Counted from the stretch's first letter, positions 19,996 through 30,720 are shown. The stretch: 64,000 nucleotides of DNA from Verrucomicrobiota bacterium (GCA_047947115.1 CP170459.1:3232001-3296000), one strand, 5' to 3'. Notes: generated by a model not told the origin, from the sequence alone. Translations and numbers: made by a program.

Positions 19996-21492
19996 TCATT
20001 GTGTTCCCGCAACACTGCCGATGAGAGGTTCCAGCAATGGTGAATGAAGACTGGGAACAACCAGATCGAGAATGAGTCTTGGGTAAATGCCAATGATCAA
20101 ACTCGTTCCAATTAAAAGGACGGATCCAATTTTTTCCTGTGCGGTGATGGCCGGAAGAGGTTCATGCCTCAGGGGGGGACATCCTTGATTGGACGGCCAG
20201 AACACCGTCAACAACGCCCGCAAGGAATAAGCAACACCGATGACAATTCCGATGCCTGCCATGATGGCTGTGTAGGAAAAACTGCTCCAAGCTCCCGTGA
20301 TAACATGCAGTTCCGCGACAAATCCGCTAAAGCCCGGCAATCCCACCGATGCCAGCGCTGCGATCAGAAACACCGTTGCAGCAAAGGGAAGCTTTCTGCC
20401 AAGATCCATTCCATCCAGCTGACTCAGTTCACGCGTATGGGTTCGTGCGTAAACCATGCGGCCTACCACCGCAAACAGCAGCCCTGCCAGAATGCCATGT
20501 GAAAACATCTGCAACACGGCACCGCTCAGACCCGTCTCTGTAGTCGCCAGCAGACCCAGCAGAACAAAGCCCATATGACTGACACTGGAATACCCAATGA
20601 TGAACTTGAAATCACTTTGTACCAGCGCGACAAGGGCTCCAGCGACAATGCTGATAGCGGCCAGCAAGGCCAATTCTTCACGCCACATTGTGGCTCCCAT
20701 TGGAAACAAGGTCATGGGAACACGTAAAGCCCCGTATGCTCCGAGCTTCATCACAACCCCCGCCAGTAACATGGAAGCGCCCGTCGGTGCGGCGACATGA
20801 CCCGTCGGAGCCCAGGTGTGAAACGGCCACATACCTGCCAGAATGACAAACCCGATAAAAGTCACTGGAAAGGCCCACCGTTGAAACTCGGGTGTGTAGG
20901 GGTGCTGGATCAATTGCTGCAGTTCGAAGGAATGTGCTCCCGATACCACGAATGCGGCCATGATCCCGATCAGCGCCAGCGCACTGCCGATAAAACTGTA
21001 GAGCACGATCTTCATTGCTCCATACGATTTTCGGGTGGAACCCCAGATGGCAATCAGAAAGTATTTGGGGATGATTGCGATTTCATAGAAAACAAAGAGC
21101 AGAAACAGGTCAAAGCTGATGAATACTCCGTAAACGCCGCCTATCAAAGTCAGGAAGAAGCCGAAAAATTCGTTGGCACGGTCTTCGATGTTCCACGAGA
21201 AGAGCACGGCAGCCACTGAAGCGATTCCCGTTAGGACTACCATTACCACACTGATGCCATCGGCTGCCAGGTAGTATTGGATGCCCAAAGAGGGGATCCA
21301 TGAAGCCTTCACCGTATCGACGATGGGGTTGCCATCCACCGGGGCGTACAAAATGGCGCAAATCAAACCCACCACCGCAGCCGCGATCGTGCCGGCCAAT
21401 GCCAGGCGGCGACTGAGATCGGGCCTTTCCTTGGGAACAAGGAAACATCCCAGAGCACTCAAAAAGGAAATGTAAACAGTCCAGGCCAACAT
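19996..21492 (-). CDS. nuoM: NADH-quinone oxidoreductase subunit M (second copy)
   Basis: DGIS, FYE, WPFHTWAP, MLLAGVVMKLGAYG, YSSVSHMG, GLPGFSGFVAE. Confidence 0.92.
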   Translation of the reverse strand: MLAWTVYISFLSALGCFLVPKERPDLSRRLALAGTIAAAVVGLICAILYAPVDGNPIVDTVKASWIPSLGIQYYLAADGISVVMVVLTGIASVAAVLFSWNIEDRANEFFGFFLTLIGGVYGVFISFDLFLLFVFYEIAIIPKYFLIAIWGSTRKSYGAMKIVLYSFIGSALALIGIMAAFVVSGAHSFELQQLIQHPYTPEFQRWAFPVTFIGFVILAGMWPFHTWAPTGHVAAPTGASMLLAGVVMKLGAYGALRVPMTLFPMGATMWREELALLAAISIVAGALVALVQSDFKFIIGYSSVSHMGFVLLGLLATTETGLSGAVLQMFSHGILAGLLFAVVGRMVYARTHTRELSQLDGMDLGRKLPFAATVFLIAALASVGLPGFSGFVAELHVITGAWSSFSYTAIMAGIGIVIGVAYSLRALLTVFWPSNQGCPPLRHEPLPAITAQEKIGSVLLIGTSLIIGIYPRLILDLVVPSLHSPLLEPLIGSVAGTQ

Positions 21493-21494
21493 AT

Positions 21495-23051
21495 CTAAAA
21501 CCGCATTGCGCTGATGAGTTCGTTAATAACAGGATTCAATCCGTCGAGAATGAAGTGAGGGAAGAACCCCAGCACCACCATCAAGATGACAAAGGGTGCC
21601 ACCAGGATGGCGTCCAGCAGGGACAAATCGTGAAATCCTTTTGCCGATTGACCTGCCGGACCGTGAAATAATTTTTGAAGCAACCCGAGCAGAAAAACTG
21701 CTGTGATCAACAGAGCCGGAATGGCAAGAACCGCCGCCCAGGGAACCAGTCCAAACACACCCTTGAAGATCAGGAATTCTCCAATGAAACCGTTCAAGCC
21801 TGGCAACCCGACCGATGCGAAAACGGCCAGCCCCATCGTTCCGGCCAGCAGAGGTGCCACATGACGCAACCCTCCATGTTCATCGATCATGACTTTGCCT
21901 CCTGTTCTCACTTCCAGGATGCTGGCAAAATAGAACAACACCGAGGCAATGATTCCGTGTGCAAACATTTGAAGCATGACCCCCCCCAGCGCGGACGTTT
22001 TTTGGATGGCCAGTTTCATTTCACCATTCGTGGCGAGTCCCAGGACCAGCAATCCCAAGAGGCAATAACCCAGATGGTTGATGGAGGAGTAGGCGAGCAT
22101 ACGCTTGAGGTTGCGTTGTCCCATGGCCGCAAACGCAGAATAAACAATACCGAAAACGGTGATGACGAGCAGCGGCGTCAGTAGTTTGCCGAGAGCGTAG
22201 GGGAACATGGGGATCCCCATCCGGATGAGGCCGTAAAGGCCCATTTTGGACATCAGACCGGTCAGGATCATGGTGACCGGTGTCGGCGCATGGTCATAGG
22301 TGTCCGGCAACCAGGCGTGAAATGGGATCATGGGCACCTTGATTGCAAGGCCGAAAAAAATCAGAGCAAAAATGATCGCAGTGAGCCACCCGAGATGCAT
22401 GTCATACCATCCCAGATTGGAACCAATGACGGAGAGCAGTGAGCCATTGGCGGAAAGCTCCGCAATGTCGGCAAATTCAAACGTTCCCGCTGCTGCCGCC
22501 AGCGCCAGGAAACCAACCAGCAGTGAGATGCTGCCTACCATTGAATAGAGCAAAAACCTCAAGGAAGACTGATCTTTGCCAGGTGAACCCCACAGGCGAA
22601 CCAGGAAGAAAGCGGGAATCAGACTGATTTCATAGAAAAAGAACCACAAGAAAAAATTGGTCGCTGTAAAAACACCCGCCAGACTCCCTTGGATGATCAA
22701 TAAACATCCGAAATACTTGGGTTCATCGTGATCGATCCTCCACGATGCGGCATAAGCGAAAGGCATGATCAAAGAAGTCAGCAAAACCATCAGGCCACTC
22801 AATCCATCCATGCCCAGCGAATAACGAACACCTAACGTGGGAATCCAATCAAACTGTTCGGAAACCGCCTCTCCCGAACCTGAATAACGGGTCGCTAGCC
22901 ACAGGATGATGCCGATGGCAGAGGTCAACAGGCTGACACCCATCCCAAAATGCCGTGTTTGCTTGTGGCCGGGGCCATTCAGGAACACCAGGCGGATGCC
23001 GGCCAGCAGGGGCATCCATATCATCAAACTGATCCACGGAATCGATGTCAT
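21495..23051 (-). CDS. nuoM: NADH-quinone oxidoreductase subunit M (first copy)
   Basis: GMDGLS, FYE, IKVPMIPFHAWLPD, SKMGLYG, KRMLAYSSINHLG, GLPGLNGFIGEF; ATGA overlap with nuoL. Confidence 0.93.
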   Translation of the reverse strand: MTSIPWISLMIWMPLLAGIRLVFLNGPGHKQTRHFGMGVSLLTSAIGIILWLATRYSGSGEAVSEQFDWIPTLGVRYSLGMDGLSGLMVLLTSLIMPFAYAASWRIDHDEPKYFGCLLIIQGSLAGVFTATNFFLWFFFYEISLIPAFFLVRLWGSPGKDQSSLRFLLYSMVGSISLLVGFLALAAAAGTFEFADIAELSANGSLLSVIGSNLGWYDMHLGWLTAIIFALIFFGLAIKVPMIPFHAWLPDTYDHAPTPVTMILTGLMSKMGLYGLIRMGIPMFPYALGKLLTPLLVITVFGIVYSAFAAMGQRNLKRMLAYSSINHLGYCLLGLLVLGLATNGEMKLAIQKTSALGGVMLQMFAHGIIASVLFYFASILEVRTGGKVMIDEHGGLRHVAPLLAGTMGLAVFASVGLPGLNGFIGEFLIFKGVFGLVPWAAVLAIPALLITAVFLLGLLQKLFHGPAGQSAKGFHDLSLLDAILVAPFVILMVVLGFFPHFILDGLNPVINELISAMRF

Positions 23052-25111
23052 CGTCCACCTCCCCAAATCCAGATGATTGTCAAAACCACAAACCCTAATG
23101 CAACGACCTGCAGGTAAAGTTGAATGCGGCCGGTGTGTGCGTTCGAGACCCGTTCAGCTTGGTTTTGAATACCTTTGCAACCACGATCGAAACCGGCGTT
23201 GATCACCCATTCATCCCAGAAACGGCTGATCCACGAAACGACGCGTGTGCCCAAAGCAACCACTTGCATCATGGGAATCATGAAGTGACGTTCAAACCAT
23301 GCGGCTCCATTGGCGAGCAAACGCGCGCCCTCAATGACTGTTGATTCATAAAATTCGTCCAGATAAAACTTAGCTCGCAAGGTGCTGAACCAACCTGAAG
23401 GTAGTTTTTCGTCCAATGGATCCTGGTCTCGTAGGGGATCAAATACCAGGCTGCTGTAAAACCACCAACCTGTAACCAAACCGCCGATTACCAGAGCGGA
23501 AGAGCCGACCAGTAATCCAAAGGTGGAACCATGGAACAAAGCCGTCCAATGCCAATCGAGGACTCCTCCTTCCAGAAAAGTCCGGAACCATGGGGAAATG
23601 GGAGTGCCCACAAAGCCTGCGACGATCGCCAGCCCCGCCAAGATTCTCAAGGGTATCAGCATGGAAGCCGGGCTTTCATGCGGAATGACAGGATGTTCTC
23701 CAGTGGCATTCTCACGTTGTTGCAACCTGTTTTTGCCGAAAAATACGTGGCACATCTGGCGTGTCATGTAGAACGCGGTCAGAAAAGCACCGGCAAGGGC
23801 CATGAGAAATGGAGCCGGATGACCGTGCCAATGGGCTGCTGCATGCAAGATTTCGTCCTTGCTCCAGAATCCAGAGGTAACCAGCGGAAAACCGGCCAGC
23901 GCCAACATCCCTATACCATACGTGACGAAGGTAACGGGCATGGCTTTTCTCAGTCCGCCCATATAACGGATGTCCTGTTCATCGTGGCAACCGTGAATGA
24001 CTGATCCCGCCCCGAGGAATAAAAGGGCTTTGAAAAACGCGTGAGTGATCAGGTGAAACATGGCCACCGCCACTCCGCCGGTACCCAAGCCCAGCATCAT
24101 GTAACCCAGTTGCGAAATAGTGGAAAAAGCGAGAATGCGTTTCAGATCATTCTGGGCGCATGCAACCAGGGCGCCGATCAAAGCCGTAATGGCTCCAACC
24201 CACGTGATCAAGGACAGTGCCTGCGTTCCCGTGCCGGAATAGGCGAGCAGCGGGTGTACACGAGCCATCAGGAACACCCCGGCGGCTACCATGGTCGCAG
24301 CGTGAATCAAAGCGCTGACCGGCGTGGGACCCTCCATGGCATCCGGCAGCCACACGTGCAGTGGAAATTGACCGGATTTGCCCATGGCACCGAAAAACAA
24401 CAGACAGCCGATGGTTGCGGCGGCGGTCATTCCTGCCATGCCGGGCGCAGAAGCAATCCAGCGAAGTGAGGATGCTTCCAGGCAGCCTTGTCCGGCATCA
24501 TAGAAAAGCAGGGAACCTGCCTCGCCGTAGAGCCAGACCATGCCAATAAAAAGCCCAAGATCCCCAATACGTGTGGTGATGAAGGCCTTCTTGCAGGCGG
24601 CGGCGGCTGATGGCTTTTGAAACCAGAAACCAATCAAAAGATATGAAGCCAGGCCCACCACTTCCCAGCACATGAACAGGATCAGGAGGTGATTGGCAAT
24701 CAGCAGACCGAGCATGGCCCCGGCAAACAATGACAGGAAGGCGTAAAACCGCACAAATCGCGGGTCTTTTTCCATGTAGCCCATGCTGTAAATAAATACC
24801 AGTAAGGAGACAAAGGTCACCATGACGAGCATGACGACGTTGAGCGGATCCAGAATCCAGCCGATACGCATGGAGGTGGTTCCCACATCGAACCAGTTGA
24901 AGTTATGCACCAACCTCGTCACCGCCCCTTCTTCCGCTGATCGAGGCACGGCTCCAAATGCGAAAAGGGACATCACAAAACTCAAGGCCATGGCTACGAT
25001 CGCCAGCCAGGAAGCGCCTTGACGCTTGTCAACCGGCCAGAAAGTCAGCGCCAGAGCCGCCAGGATAGGGAGTCCGGGGATCAACCAAATGTAAGAAATC
25101 AAATCGTTCAT
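23048..25111 (-). CDS. nuoL: NADH-quinone oxidoreductase subunit L with extended amphipathic helix
   Basis: WEVVGLASYLLIGFW, KAFITTRIGD, GKSGQFPLHVWLPDAMEGPTPVSALIHAATMV, THAFFKALLFL, GFWSKDEI; 687 aa. Confidence 0.95.
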   Translation of the reverse strand: MNDLISYIWLIPGLPILAALALTFWPVDKRQGASWLAIVAMALSFVMSLFAFGAVPRSAEEGAVTRLVHNFNWFDVGTTSMRIGWILDPLNVVMLVMVTFVSLLVFIYSMGYMEKDPRFVRFYAFLSLFAGAMLGLLIANHLLILFMCWEVVGLASYLLIGFWFQKPSAAAACKKAFITTRIGDLGLFIGMVWLYGEAGSLLFYDAGQGCLEASSLRWIASAPGMAGMTAAATIGCLLFFGAMGKSGQFPLHVWLPDAMEGPTPVSALIHAATMVAAGVFLMARVHPLLAYSGTGTQALSLITWVGAITALIGALVACAQNDLKRILAFSTISQLGYMMLGLGTGGVAVAMFHLITHAFFKALLFLGAGSVIHGCHDEQDIRYMGGLRKAMPVTFVTYGIGMLALAGFPLVTSGFWSKDEILHAAAHWHGHPAPFLMALAGAFLTAFYMTRQMCHVFFGKNRLQQRENATGEHPVIPHESPASMLIPLRILAGLAIVAGFVGTPISPWFRTFLEGGVLDWHWTALFHGSTFGLLVGSSALVIGGLVTGWWFYSSLVFDPLRDQDPLDEKLPSGWFSTLRAKFYLDEFYESTVIEGARLLANGAAWFERHFMIPMMQVVALGTRVVSWISRFWDEWVINAGFDRGCKGIQNQAERVSNAHTGRIQLYLQVVALGFVVLTIIWIWGGGR

Positions 25112-25419
25112 CCCTTCAGATCCTCCAGTATTTCGGGGTCGGTGTTTCGGTAGTGGCGGAAAATTGAAATCACCAGGGCCAAACCAACCGCCGCTTCGGC
25201 TGCTGCAATGGCAATGGCAAACAAGACCATGACCAGTCCCGACATGTCATCCGCACTCGGGTGGAAACGCCAGAAGGCGACAAAATTGATGTTGGCGGCA
25301 TTTAACATCAGTTCCACACCAGCCAGAATCAGGATCGCATTACGACGCAGCATGACACCCGTCAAACCGACGCAGAACAATCCGGCGCTGAAAAGGAGAT
25401 AGGGAGTCAGGGTATCCAT
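25108..25419 (-). CDS. nuoK: NADH-quinone oxidoreductase subunit K
   Basis: RRNAI...ELMLNAAN, AAAEAAVGLA, C-terminal LKG. Confidence 0.95.
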   Translation of the reverse strand: MDTLTPYLLFSAGLFCVGLTGVMLRRNAILILAGVELMLNAANINFVAFWRFHPSADDMSGLVMVLFAIAIAAAEAAVGLALVISIFRHYRNTDPEILEDLKG

Positions 25420-25420
25420 G

Positions 25421-25969
25421 TTAATGGGTTGGATCTCCTTTGGTTTGCGGTTTTGCCCCCGGTACTGCAGATACTTCTCTGCGTTCAGGCATCGCCAGTA
25501 ACGCGGCTCCGATCAATGCAACAGTCAGCAGGATTGCGAGCGCTTCGAGGGGAAGCACGTACTCGTTCAGCAGGGATTCGCCGATAGTTTTCACGCTTTC
25601 GGTTTTTGATTCTGGCGCGGCGGTTTGTGCCGGTGAAGATTTGACAATGCCGGCCACCATCACGGCAAATGTGAGCAGTCCGGTAACCCATCCCAATAAC
25701 GAGTTCATTGGGTTCCAGTTGCGCAGGTTCAATTCGTTGCCTCCCCGGGTCATCAATAACGCGAAAATCACCAGCACGGATACAGCGCCAATATAAACCA
25801 TAACCTGTGAGAACCCGACAAATTGGGCGCTGAGTTGCAGGTAGGTCATGGCAATTCCTGCGAAGGTCACAGTGAGGCAGAGCACGCAATGAACCAGATT
25901 ACGCAGACACATCGCCGCGATGGCGGATCCCAGCGTGATCAATGCGATGATGGCAAAGACGAGGTTCAT
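25421..25969 (-). CDS. nuoJ: NADH-quinone oxidoreductase subunit J
   Basis: RNLVH, AQFVGFSQVMVYIGAVSVL, YVLPLE...LLTVALIGA. Confidence 0.93.
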   Translation of the reverse strand: MNLVFAIIALITLGSAIAAMCLRNLVHCVLCLTVTFAGIAMTYLQLSAQFVGFSQVMVYIGAVSVLVIFALLMTRGGNELNLRNWNPMNSLLGWVTGLLTFAVMVAGIVKSSPAQTAAPESKTESVKTIGESLLNEYVLPLEALAILLTVALIGAALLAMPERREVSAVPGAKPQTKGDPTH

Positions 25970-27144
25970 ACAGTTGCTTTGGTTTCTTCGGCGTAGCGGT
26001 ACACCCTGGGTTTAATTCTGGAATTCCGGCTGAGCAGTCTGCTCCATCCAAAGTAGCCGCCGGTGTTCATCACAGTCCCGACAATCCAGGCGAATACACC
26101 TCCTCCGAGACTGATCCAAACCCCTGTGGTGATCAGATTCATCACGGACATGGGCAGCATGAACTTCCATGCGAACTCCATGAGCTGATCCGCCCGGAGG
26201 CGGGGCATCGTGCCTCGGATCCAGATAAAGAGCAAGACAAGCAGGATTAATTTTGCAAATAACCAGAAAGGACCGGGAATGAAATCCAAAATAGGAAGCG
26301 GCGCGTGGAACCCACCTAAAAACAAAGTGGCCGTCAGGGCACACATGGCAAACATTGCCACAAATTCAGCTAGAAAAAAGATGGCGTACTTGAAACCGGA
26401 ATACTCGGTCATGTGACCCGCAATCAATTCCGATTCCGCTTCGGGAATGTCGAAAGGGGATCGGTTAACCTCTGCCAGAGTGGAAATCAGAAACAGGATG
26501 CAACCCAGAAAACCCCATGGAGTCCAGATGAACCATGCTTGGATTCCGCCTTCCTGCGCTTGTACAATTTCCGGGAGGGAAAGTGTTCCGGCGGCCATCA
26601 ACACGGCGACGCTGGAAAGTATCAGCGGGATTTCATAGCTGATCATCTGTGCGATGGCTCTTAATGCTCCCAGCAAGGCGTATTTGTTGCGACTGGCCCA
26701 ACCAGCCATGAACACCGCCAGTTCGGCCGCCCCTCCGATGGCAAAGAAAAAGAGAATGCCCGCCTCGAATTCCACCGCCACCAATTTGTGACCAAAAGGA
26801 ATGACCGCCAGTCCGAGCATGGCTGTCACCAGCAGGAACAGGGGAGCGAGCAGATGCAAAAATTGATCGGCACTGAATGGGATGATATCCTCCTTGGTGA
26901 GCATCTTGACCCCGTCCGCGATGGGCTGAAAGATACCGCCGGGACCAACACGGTTTGGACCGAAACGATTCTGAATGCGCCCCAGCATCTTACGTTCCAC
27001 CAGTGTTGCAACGGCAAAAAGCCCTCCAAATGCACTTATGATGGGGATGCAGGACAGCATGGCGGAAAGCACCGGACGCAGATTCTCCGGAGCGATCATG
27101 ACGATCTGCTGTTTCAGTGCAATGAGGAGATCTTCAAACCACAT
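25966..27144 (-). CDS. nuoH: NADH-quinone oxidoreductase subunit H
   Basis: ERKMLGRIQNRFGPNRVGP, ADGVKMLTKED, RAIAQMISYE, RSPFDIPEAESEL..G..TEYSG, PRLRADQ. Confidence 0.95.
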   Translation of the reverse strand: MWFEDLLIALKQQIVMIAPENLRPVLSAMLSCIPIISAFGGLFAVATLVERKMLGRIQNRFGPNRVGPGGIFQPIADGVKMLTKEDIIPFSADQFLHLLAPLFLLVTAMLGLAVIPFGHKLVAVEFEAGILFFFAIGGAAELAVFMAGWASRNKYALLGALRAIAQMISYEIPLILSSVAVLMAAGTLSLPEIVQAQEGGIQAWFIWTPWGFLGCILFLISTLAEVNRSPFDIPEAESELIAGHMTEYSGFKYAIFFLAEFVAMFAMCALTATLFLGGFHAPLPILDFIPGPFWLFAKLILLVLLFIWIRGTMPRLRADQLMEFAWKFMLPMSVMNLITTGVWISLGGGVFAWIVGTVMNTGGYFGWSRLLSRNSRIKPRVYRYAEETKATV

Positions 27145-27149
27145 AACGG

Positions 27150-27788
27150 CTATTTGGCTAACATCTGCTGTTCTTCTTTGTCTGCCTGATCCGCAGCCGC
27201 TTTTTCAGCGGCGGCTTGTTTCGCCTGAGCGGCTTTTTCAGCTTTGGCGCGTTCCTTGGCCAAGTGATCCTGACGTTTTTGTTCCCGAACGGCATCCGTT
27301 TCAGTGGCTTCAGTGGGATGGATGTCGTGGTAGTAGGAGTCGGATTTGGCCAGGTCTTCCTTGTGCAATATCAGGCGGCTGAAACGGTTTTCACCGGCGT
27401 ATTCGAATTCCCGGTCCATGCGGATGGATTCAAAGGGGCAAACTTCCACACAGATCTGGCACCCCATGCAAACCGAGATGTCGATGTCGAACACCTTGGG
27501 CTTGAATTGGGCCTTCCCAAGGAAATCAGGTTTCTTCTCGGTGTCTTTTTCGATGTAGATGCACTGCGGGGGGCATTCCTTTTCGCAAATCTGGCACGCG
27601 ACACAGCGCAGACCGGATTCCCAGTCTTCTCCGTCAAAGATCAGCATCGGAAAATTGCGGGCCGATTCCTTGGCGGGAATCTTTTGTTCGGGATACTCCA
27701 CTGTGACCATTCGCTCCGGATCATGAAAACTACCCACCATGTTGCGGGCTGTTTCCACCATTCCTTTGAGTATGCCTTTGCCAATCAT
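27150..27788 (-). CDS. nuoI: NADH-quinone oxidoreductase subunit I (2x[4Fe-4S])
   Basis: TVEYPE, CVACQICEKECP, CMGCQICVEVCP; Ala/Lys-rich C-terminal extension; start at ATG 27788. Confidence 0.92.
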   Translation of the reverse strand: MIGKGILKGMVETARNMVGSFHDPERMVTVEYPEQKIPAKESARNFPMLIFDGEDWESGLRCVACQICEKECPPQCIYIEKDTEKKPDFLGKAQFKPKVFDIDISVCMGCQICVEVCPFESIRMDREFEYAGENRFSRLILHKEDLAKSDSYYHDIHPTEATETDAVREQKRQDHLAKERAKAEKAAQAKQAAAEKAAADQADKEEQQMLAK

Positions 27789-27810
27789 ATTTCTTTCAAC
27801 TCTCCTTTTC

Positions 27811-28992
27811 TTATCGGTCGACTTCTCCCAATACAATATCCACACTGCCCAAAATAATCACCGAATCCGCAATCGTGTGCCCAAGACACATGTCCTCCAG
27901 AATCGTCAGATTGATCAAGCTGGGAGGACGCACCCTGAAACGATAGGGTTGCGGTGATTTGTCGCTGATCAGATAAAAACCAAGCTCTCCCTTGGGCGCT
28001 TCAATACGTCCGTAAGCTTCTCCGGCAGGAGGTCTCAATCCGCGTGACTTGGCCTTGGGGTGAACGAAATTACCCTCCGGAATATCTCTGAGGGCTTGTC
28101 GCAAGATTTTGACAGACTCACGCATTTCCAGAATGCGCATCATGTAACGGTCATAGGTGTCACCATGATCACCCAACGGGACCCTGAAGTCGAAACGATC
28201 ATAGATGCCGTAACCATCCACTTTTCGAATGTCATAATTCACCCCTGATGCTCTCAGGATCGGCCCCGTCACCCCCGCATCAATGGCCAGGTCCTTCGGA
28301 AGAACGCCCACTTCCTGTGAACGGGACATCAATACTTCATTTTCCGAAAGGAGCGCTTCGAATTCATCAAGAAACTTCGGGAACGCTTCGACGACTTGAT
28401 GGGCTTGTTCGATCCAACCCTGTGGAAAATCGCATCGACACCCTCCAAAACGCATGTAGTTGCACATCATGCGCGCTCCACTCAATGATTCGAAGAGGTC
28501 CAGGATGCGCTCGCGCTCGCGAAAAGCATACATCAACGGAGTGCCAAGCGCCCCCATGTCCTGAACCAGAAATCCGATCAGGCAAACATGATTCTGCAAA
28601 CGGCTGAGTTCTGCCGTGATCACCCGCATGTATTCGGCTCTCTCGGGAACTTCGATGCCCGCCAATGTCTCAACACTCAAGGCATAAGCCCAGTTGTTGG
28701 TCATGGAATTGAAATAATCCAGGCGGTCGGTGTAGGGCATGGAGCCCAGATAGGAGGTGCCTTCGGCAATCTTCTCGTGATTGCGGTGCAGGTAACCAAA
28801 GACCGGTTTGAGTTTGGTGATCGTTTCACCGTCCAGTTCCACATCCATACGAAACACACCGTGAGTGGATGGATGATGCGGTCCCATTGACACTTCCATA
28901 CGTTCCGTACCTTCGGGACTGTGCTCGCTGGAGGCAGTCAGTTCATATTGAGGGCCTGTCCCCATCATGGGATCATTCAACATCTCACTCAC
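27811..28992 (-). CDS. nuoD: NADH-quinone oxidoreductase subunit D
   Basis: [42 protein letters not shown]; no NiFe-binding CxxC motifs. Confidence 0.95.
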   Translation of the reverse strand: MSEMLNDPMMGTGPQYELTASSEHSPEGTERMEVSMGPHHPSTHGVFRMDVELDGETITKLKPVFGYLHRNHEKIAEGTSYLGSMPYTDRLDYFNSMTNNWAYALSVETLAGIEVPERAEYMRVITAELSRLQNHVCLIGFLVQDMGALGTPLMYAFRERERILDLFESLSGARMMCNYMRFGGCRCDFPQGWIEQAHQVVEAFPKFLDEFEALLSENEVLMSRSQEVGVLPKDLAIDAGVTGPILRASGVNYDIRKVDGYGIYDRFDFRVPLGDHGDTYDRYMMRILEMRESVKILRQALRDIPEGNFVHPKAKSRGLRPPAGEAYGRIEAPKGELGFYLISDKSPQPYRFRVRPPSLINLTILEDMCLGHTIADSVIILGSVDIVLGEVDR

Positions 28993-29648
28993 TGGTCGCC
29001 TCCTTTTGCCGGTGGATTCTGATGTGCGGCTGACTTTTTCAGCACATCCGCATGGGGCGTGGGTTCGTACTCATAATCGTCCGGTTCCACATAGTCTTTC
29101 CGCATGGGATGTCCTTTGAAGGAGTCCCACATCATAAGGCGTCGCAAATCCGGATGTCCTTTAAAGTGAATGCCATACAGATCGAAAATTTCCCTTTCCT
29201 GCAGTTCGGCGCTTCGCCAGACCGGTGTCATGGAGGGGAGGGAAACATCGTCACTTCGATTCCCCGTGCGGGTGCGGAAAACCAATGGGCCAACCGGGGC
29301 TTCCATGGAATAAAGGTGGTAAACAGATTCCAGAAAACCCCTGGTTTCCTCGGGTTCCGCGTCCTTGCCGAACTTTACCTTCAGGGCATCCTCGGTCCAG
29401 TCGATCCCGGTGACATTGGACAGATAATCCAGCTTCCATGGAGACTCCTGCTTCAGCCATCGGGCACAAGCCACTGCGTGCTCGTTTTGAAAGAGCAGGG
29501 AATGCTGTCCTGATGGATTCTCGTTCTCGATAACGAGTACACCTGCGCCGGCGATAGCGTCGTTGATCGCATCCGCGACAGATTGTATTTCCGGTATATT
29601 AACTGACATGTTCTCCATATGGGGACTTGCTGGTAAGCGATGCTCCAA
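28989..29648 (-). CDS. nuoC: NADH-quinone oxidoreductase subunit C
   Basis: [33 protein letters not shown]; alternative ATG 29618. Confidence 0.93.
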   Translation of the reverse strand: MEHRLPASPHMENMSVNIPEIQSVADAINDAIAGAGVLVIENENPSGQHSLLFQNEHAVACARWLKQESPWKLDYLSNVTGIDWTEDALKVKFGKDAEPEETRGFLESVYHLYSMEAPVGPLVFRTRTGNRSDDVSLPSMTPVWRSAELQEREIFDLYGIHFKGHPDLRRLMMWDSFKGHPMRKDYVEPDDYEYEPTPHADVLKKSAAHQNPPAKGGDQ

Positions 29649-29651
29649 ATG

Positions 29652-30260
29652 TCAGCCTCTTATAACGGGTTCAGGGTTCCAGATCTTTGCATTTTTTGGC
29701 GGTTGCAGGTCATGAACGCCACATTCTGGGATGGGAAGATCCGCCATGAGTTCCTCTTCCTCTGCCTTTCGGCGATCCCAGTGAAGACTGTCCCCTGCAA
29801 TTTTTCGCTGGAGGGTCATGATGGCATGCAACAATGCTTCCGGCCGTGGAGGACATCCTGGAATATGGATGTCCACCGGGATAAAACGGTCAATGCCTTT
29901 CAGGACGTTATATCCATGTTTGAACGGGCCGCCGGAAATGGCGCAAGCTCCCATGGCAATAACGTATTTGGGGGATGGCATCTGTTTGTAAAGGCGCACC
30001 ACCTGGGGGGCCATTTTCTTGGTCACTGTTCCAGAGACAATCATGAGATCCGCCTGACGGGGAGATGGCCGGAAGACTTCGGCGCCGAATCGCGCCAAAT
30101 CGTAGCGTGACATGGAGGTGGCGATCATCTCGATGGCACAGCACGCTAATCCGAATTGTAACGGCCACAATGAATTGCGACGTCCCCAATTGTAGATTTC
30201 GCTCAGGGTTGTCGTGAAGATGCCGGCTTTTTGCAGTTCGCTTTTCAGACCTTCGTCCAT
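29652..30260 (-). CDS. nuoB: NADH-quinone oxidoreductase subunit B
   Basis: [39 protein letters not shown]. Confidence 0.96.
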   Translation of the reverse strand: MDEGLKSELQKAGIFTTTLSEIYNWGRRNSLWPLQFGLACCAIEMIATSMSRYDLARFGAEVFRPSPRQADLMIVSGTVTKKMAPQVVRLYKQMPSPKYVIAMGACAISGGPFKHGYNVLKGIDRFIPVDIHIPGCPPRPEALLHAIMTLQRKIAGDSLHWDRRKAEEEELMADLPIPECGVHDLQPPKNAKIWNPEPVIRG

Positions 30261-30312
30261 AGATTGTTTGCTCGATTCCTTTTTCCCTCTGCTTGGTTGA
30301 AGGCCCGTTGGA

Positions 30313-30720
30313 TCAACGGCCTTTTTGTATCGGCGTGAACTGCCACTTGAGAAGCCCCTTTGCCCACGCCCAGGCCAACCCTTCCATCAATAAAAAGACA
30401 AAAAGGATCAAGGCTCCAACCGCTCCCCATGGCAGATCCCGATAAACCGATGCAATGGGAAGTAAAAATAAAATCTCCACGTCAAAAACCAGGAAAATGA
30501 TGCCGTACACGTAGTATTCGGCTTTGAGCGGCATCCATTGCGTGTCTCCTGTTTCCAGGCCGCACTCATACACCGCATTTTTTACTTCATCAGGCCGGGC
30601 GGTGCCCACCCAACGCGTCCAGATGCGCGCCAGCAAAACAGGAACCAGACCCATCAACAGTGCTGAAACAGTAAACACACCCAATAACAGATAGGGAGGA
30701 TAGGCAGTGCTGGATTCCAT
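30313..30720 (-). CDS. nuoA: NADH-quinone oxidoreductase subunit A
   Basis: [25 protein letters not shown]. Confidence 0.95.
   Translation of the reverse strand: MESSTAYPPYLLLGVFTVSALLMGLVPVLLARIWTRWVGTARPDEVKNAVYECGLETGDTQWMPLKAEYYVYGIIFLVFDVEILFLLPIASVYRDLPWGAVGALILFVFLLMEGLAWAWAKGLLKWQFTPIQKGR

Noticed and set aside
27811..30260. Group 4 [NiFe]-hydrogenase interpretation of the headless operon
   Set aside because: NuoD lacks both CxxC nickel-binding motifs and keeps quinone-site His/Tyr residues; nuoA, J and K are present.
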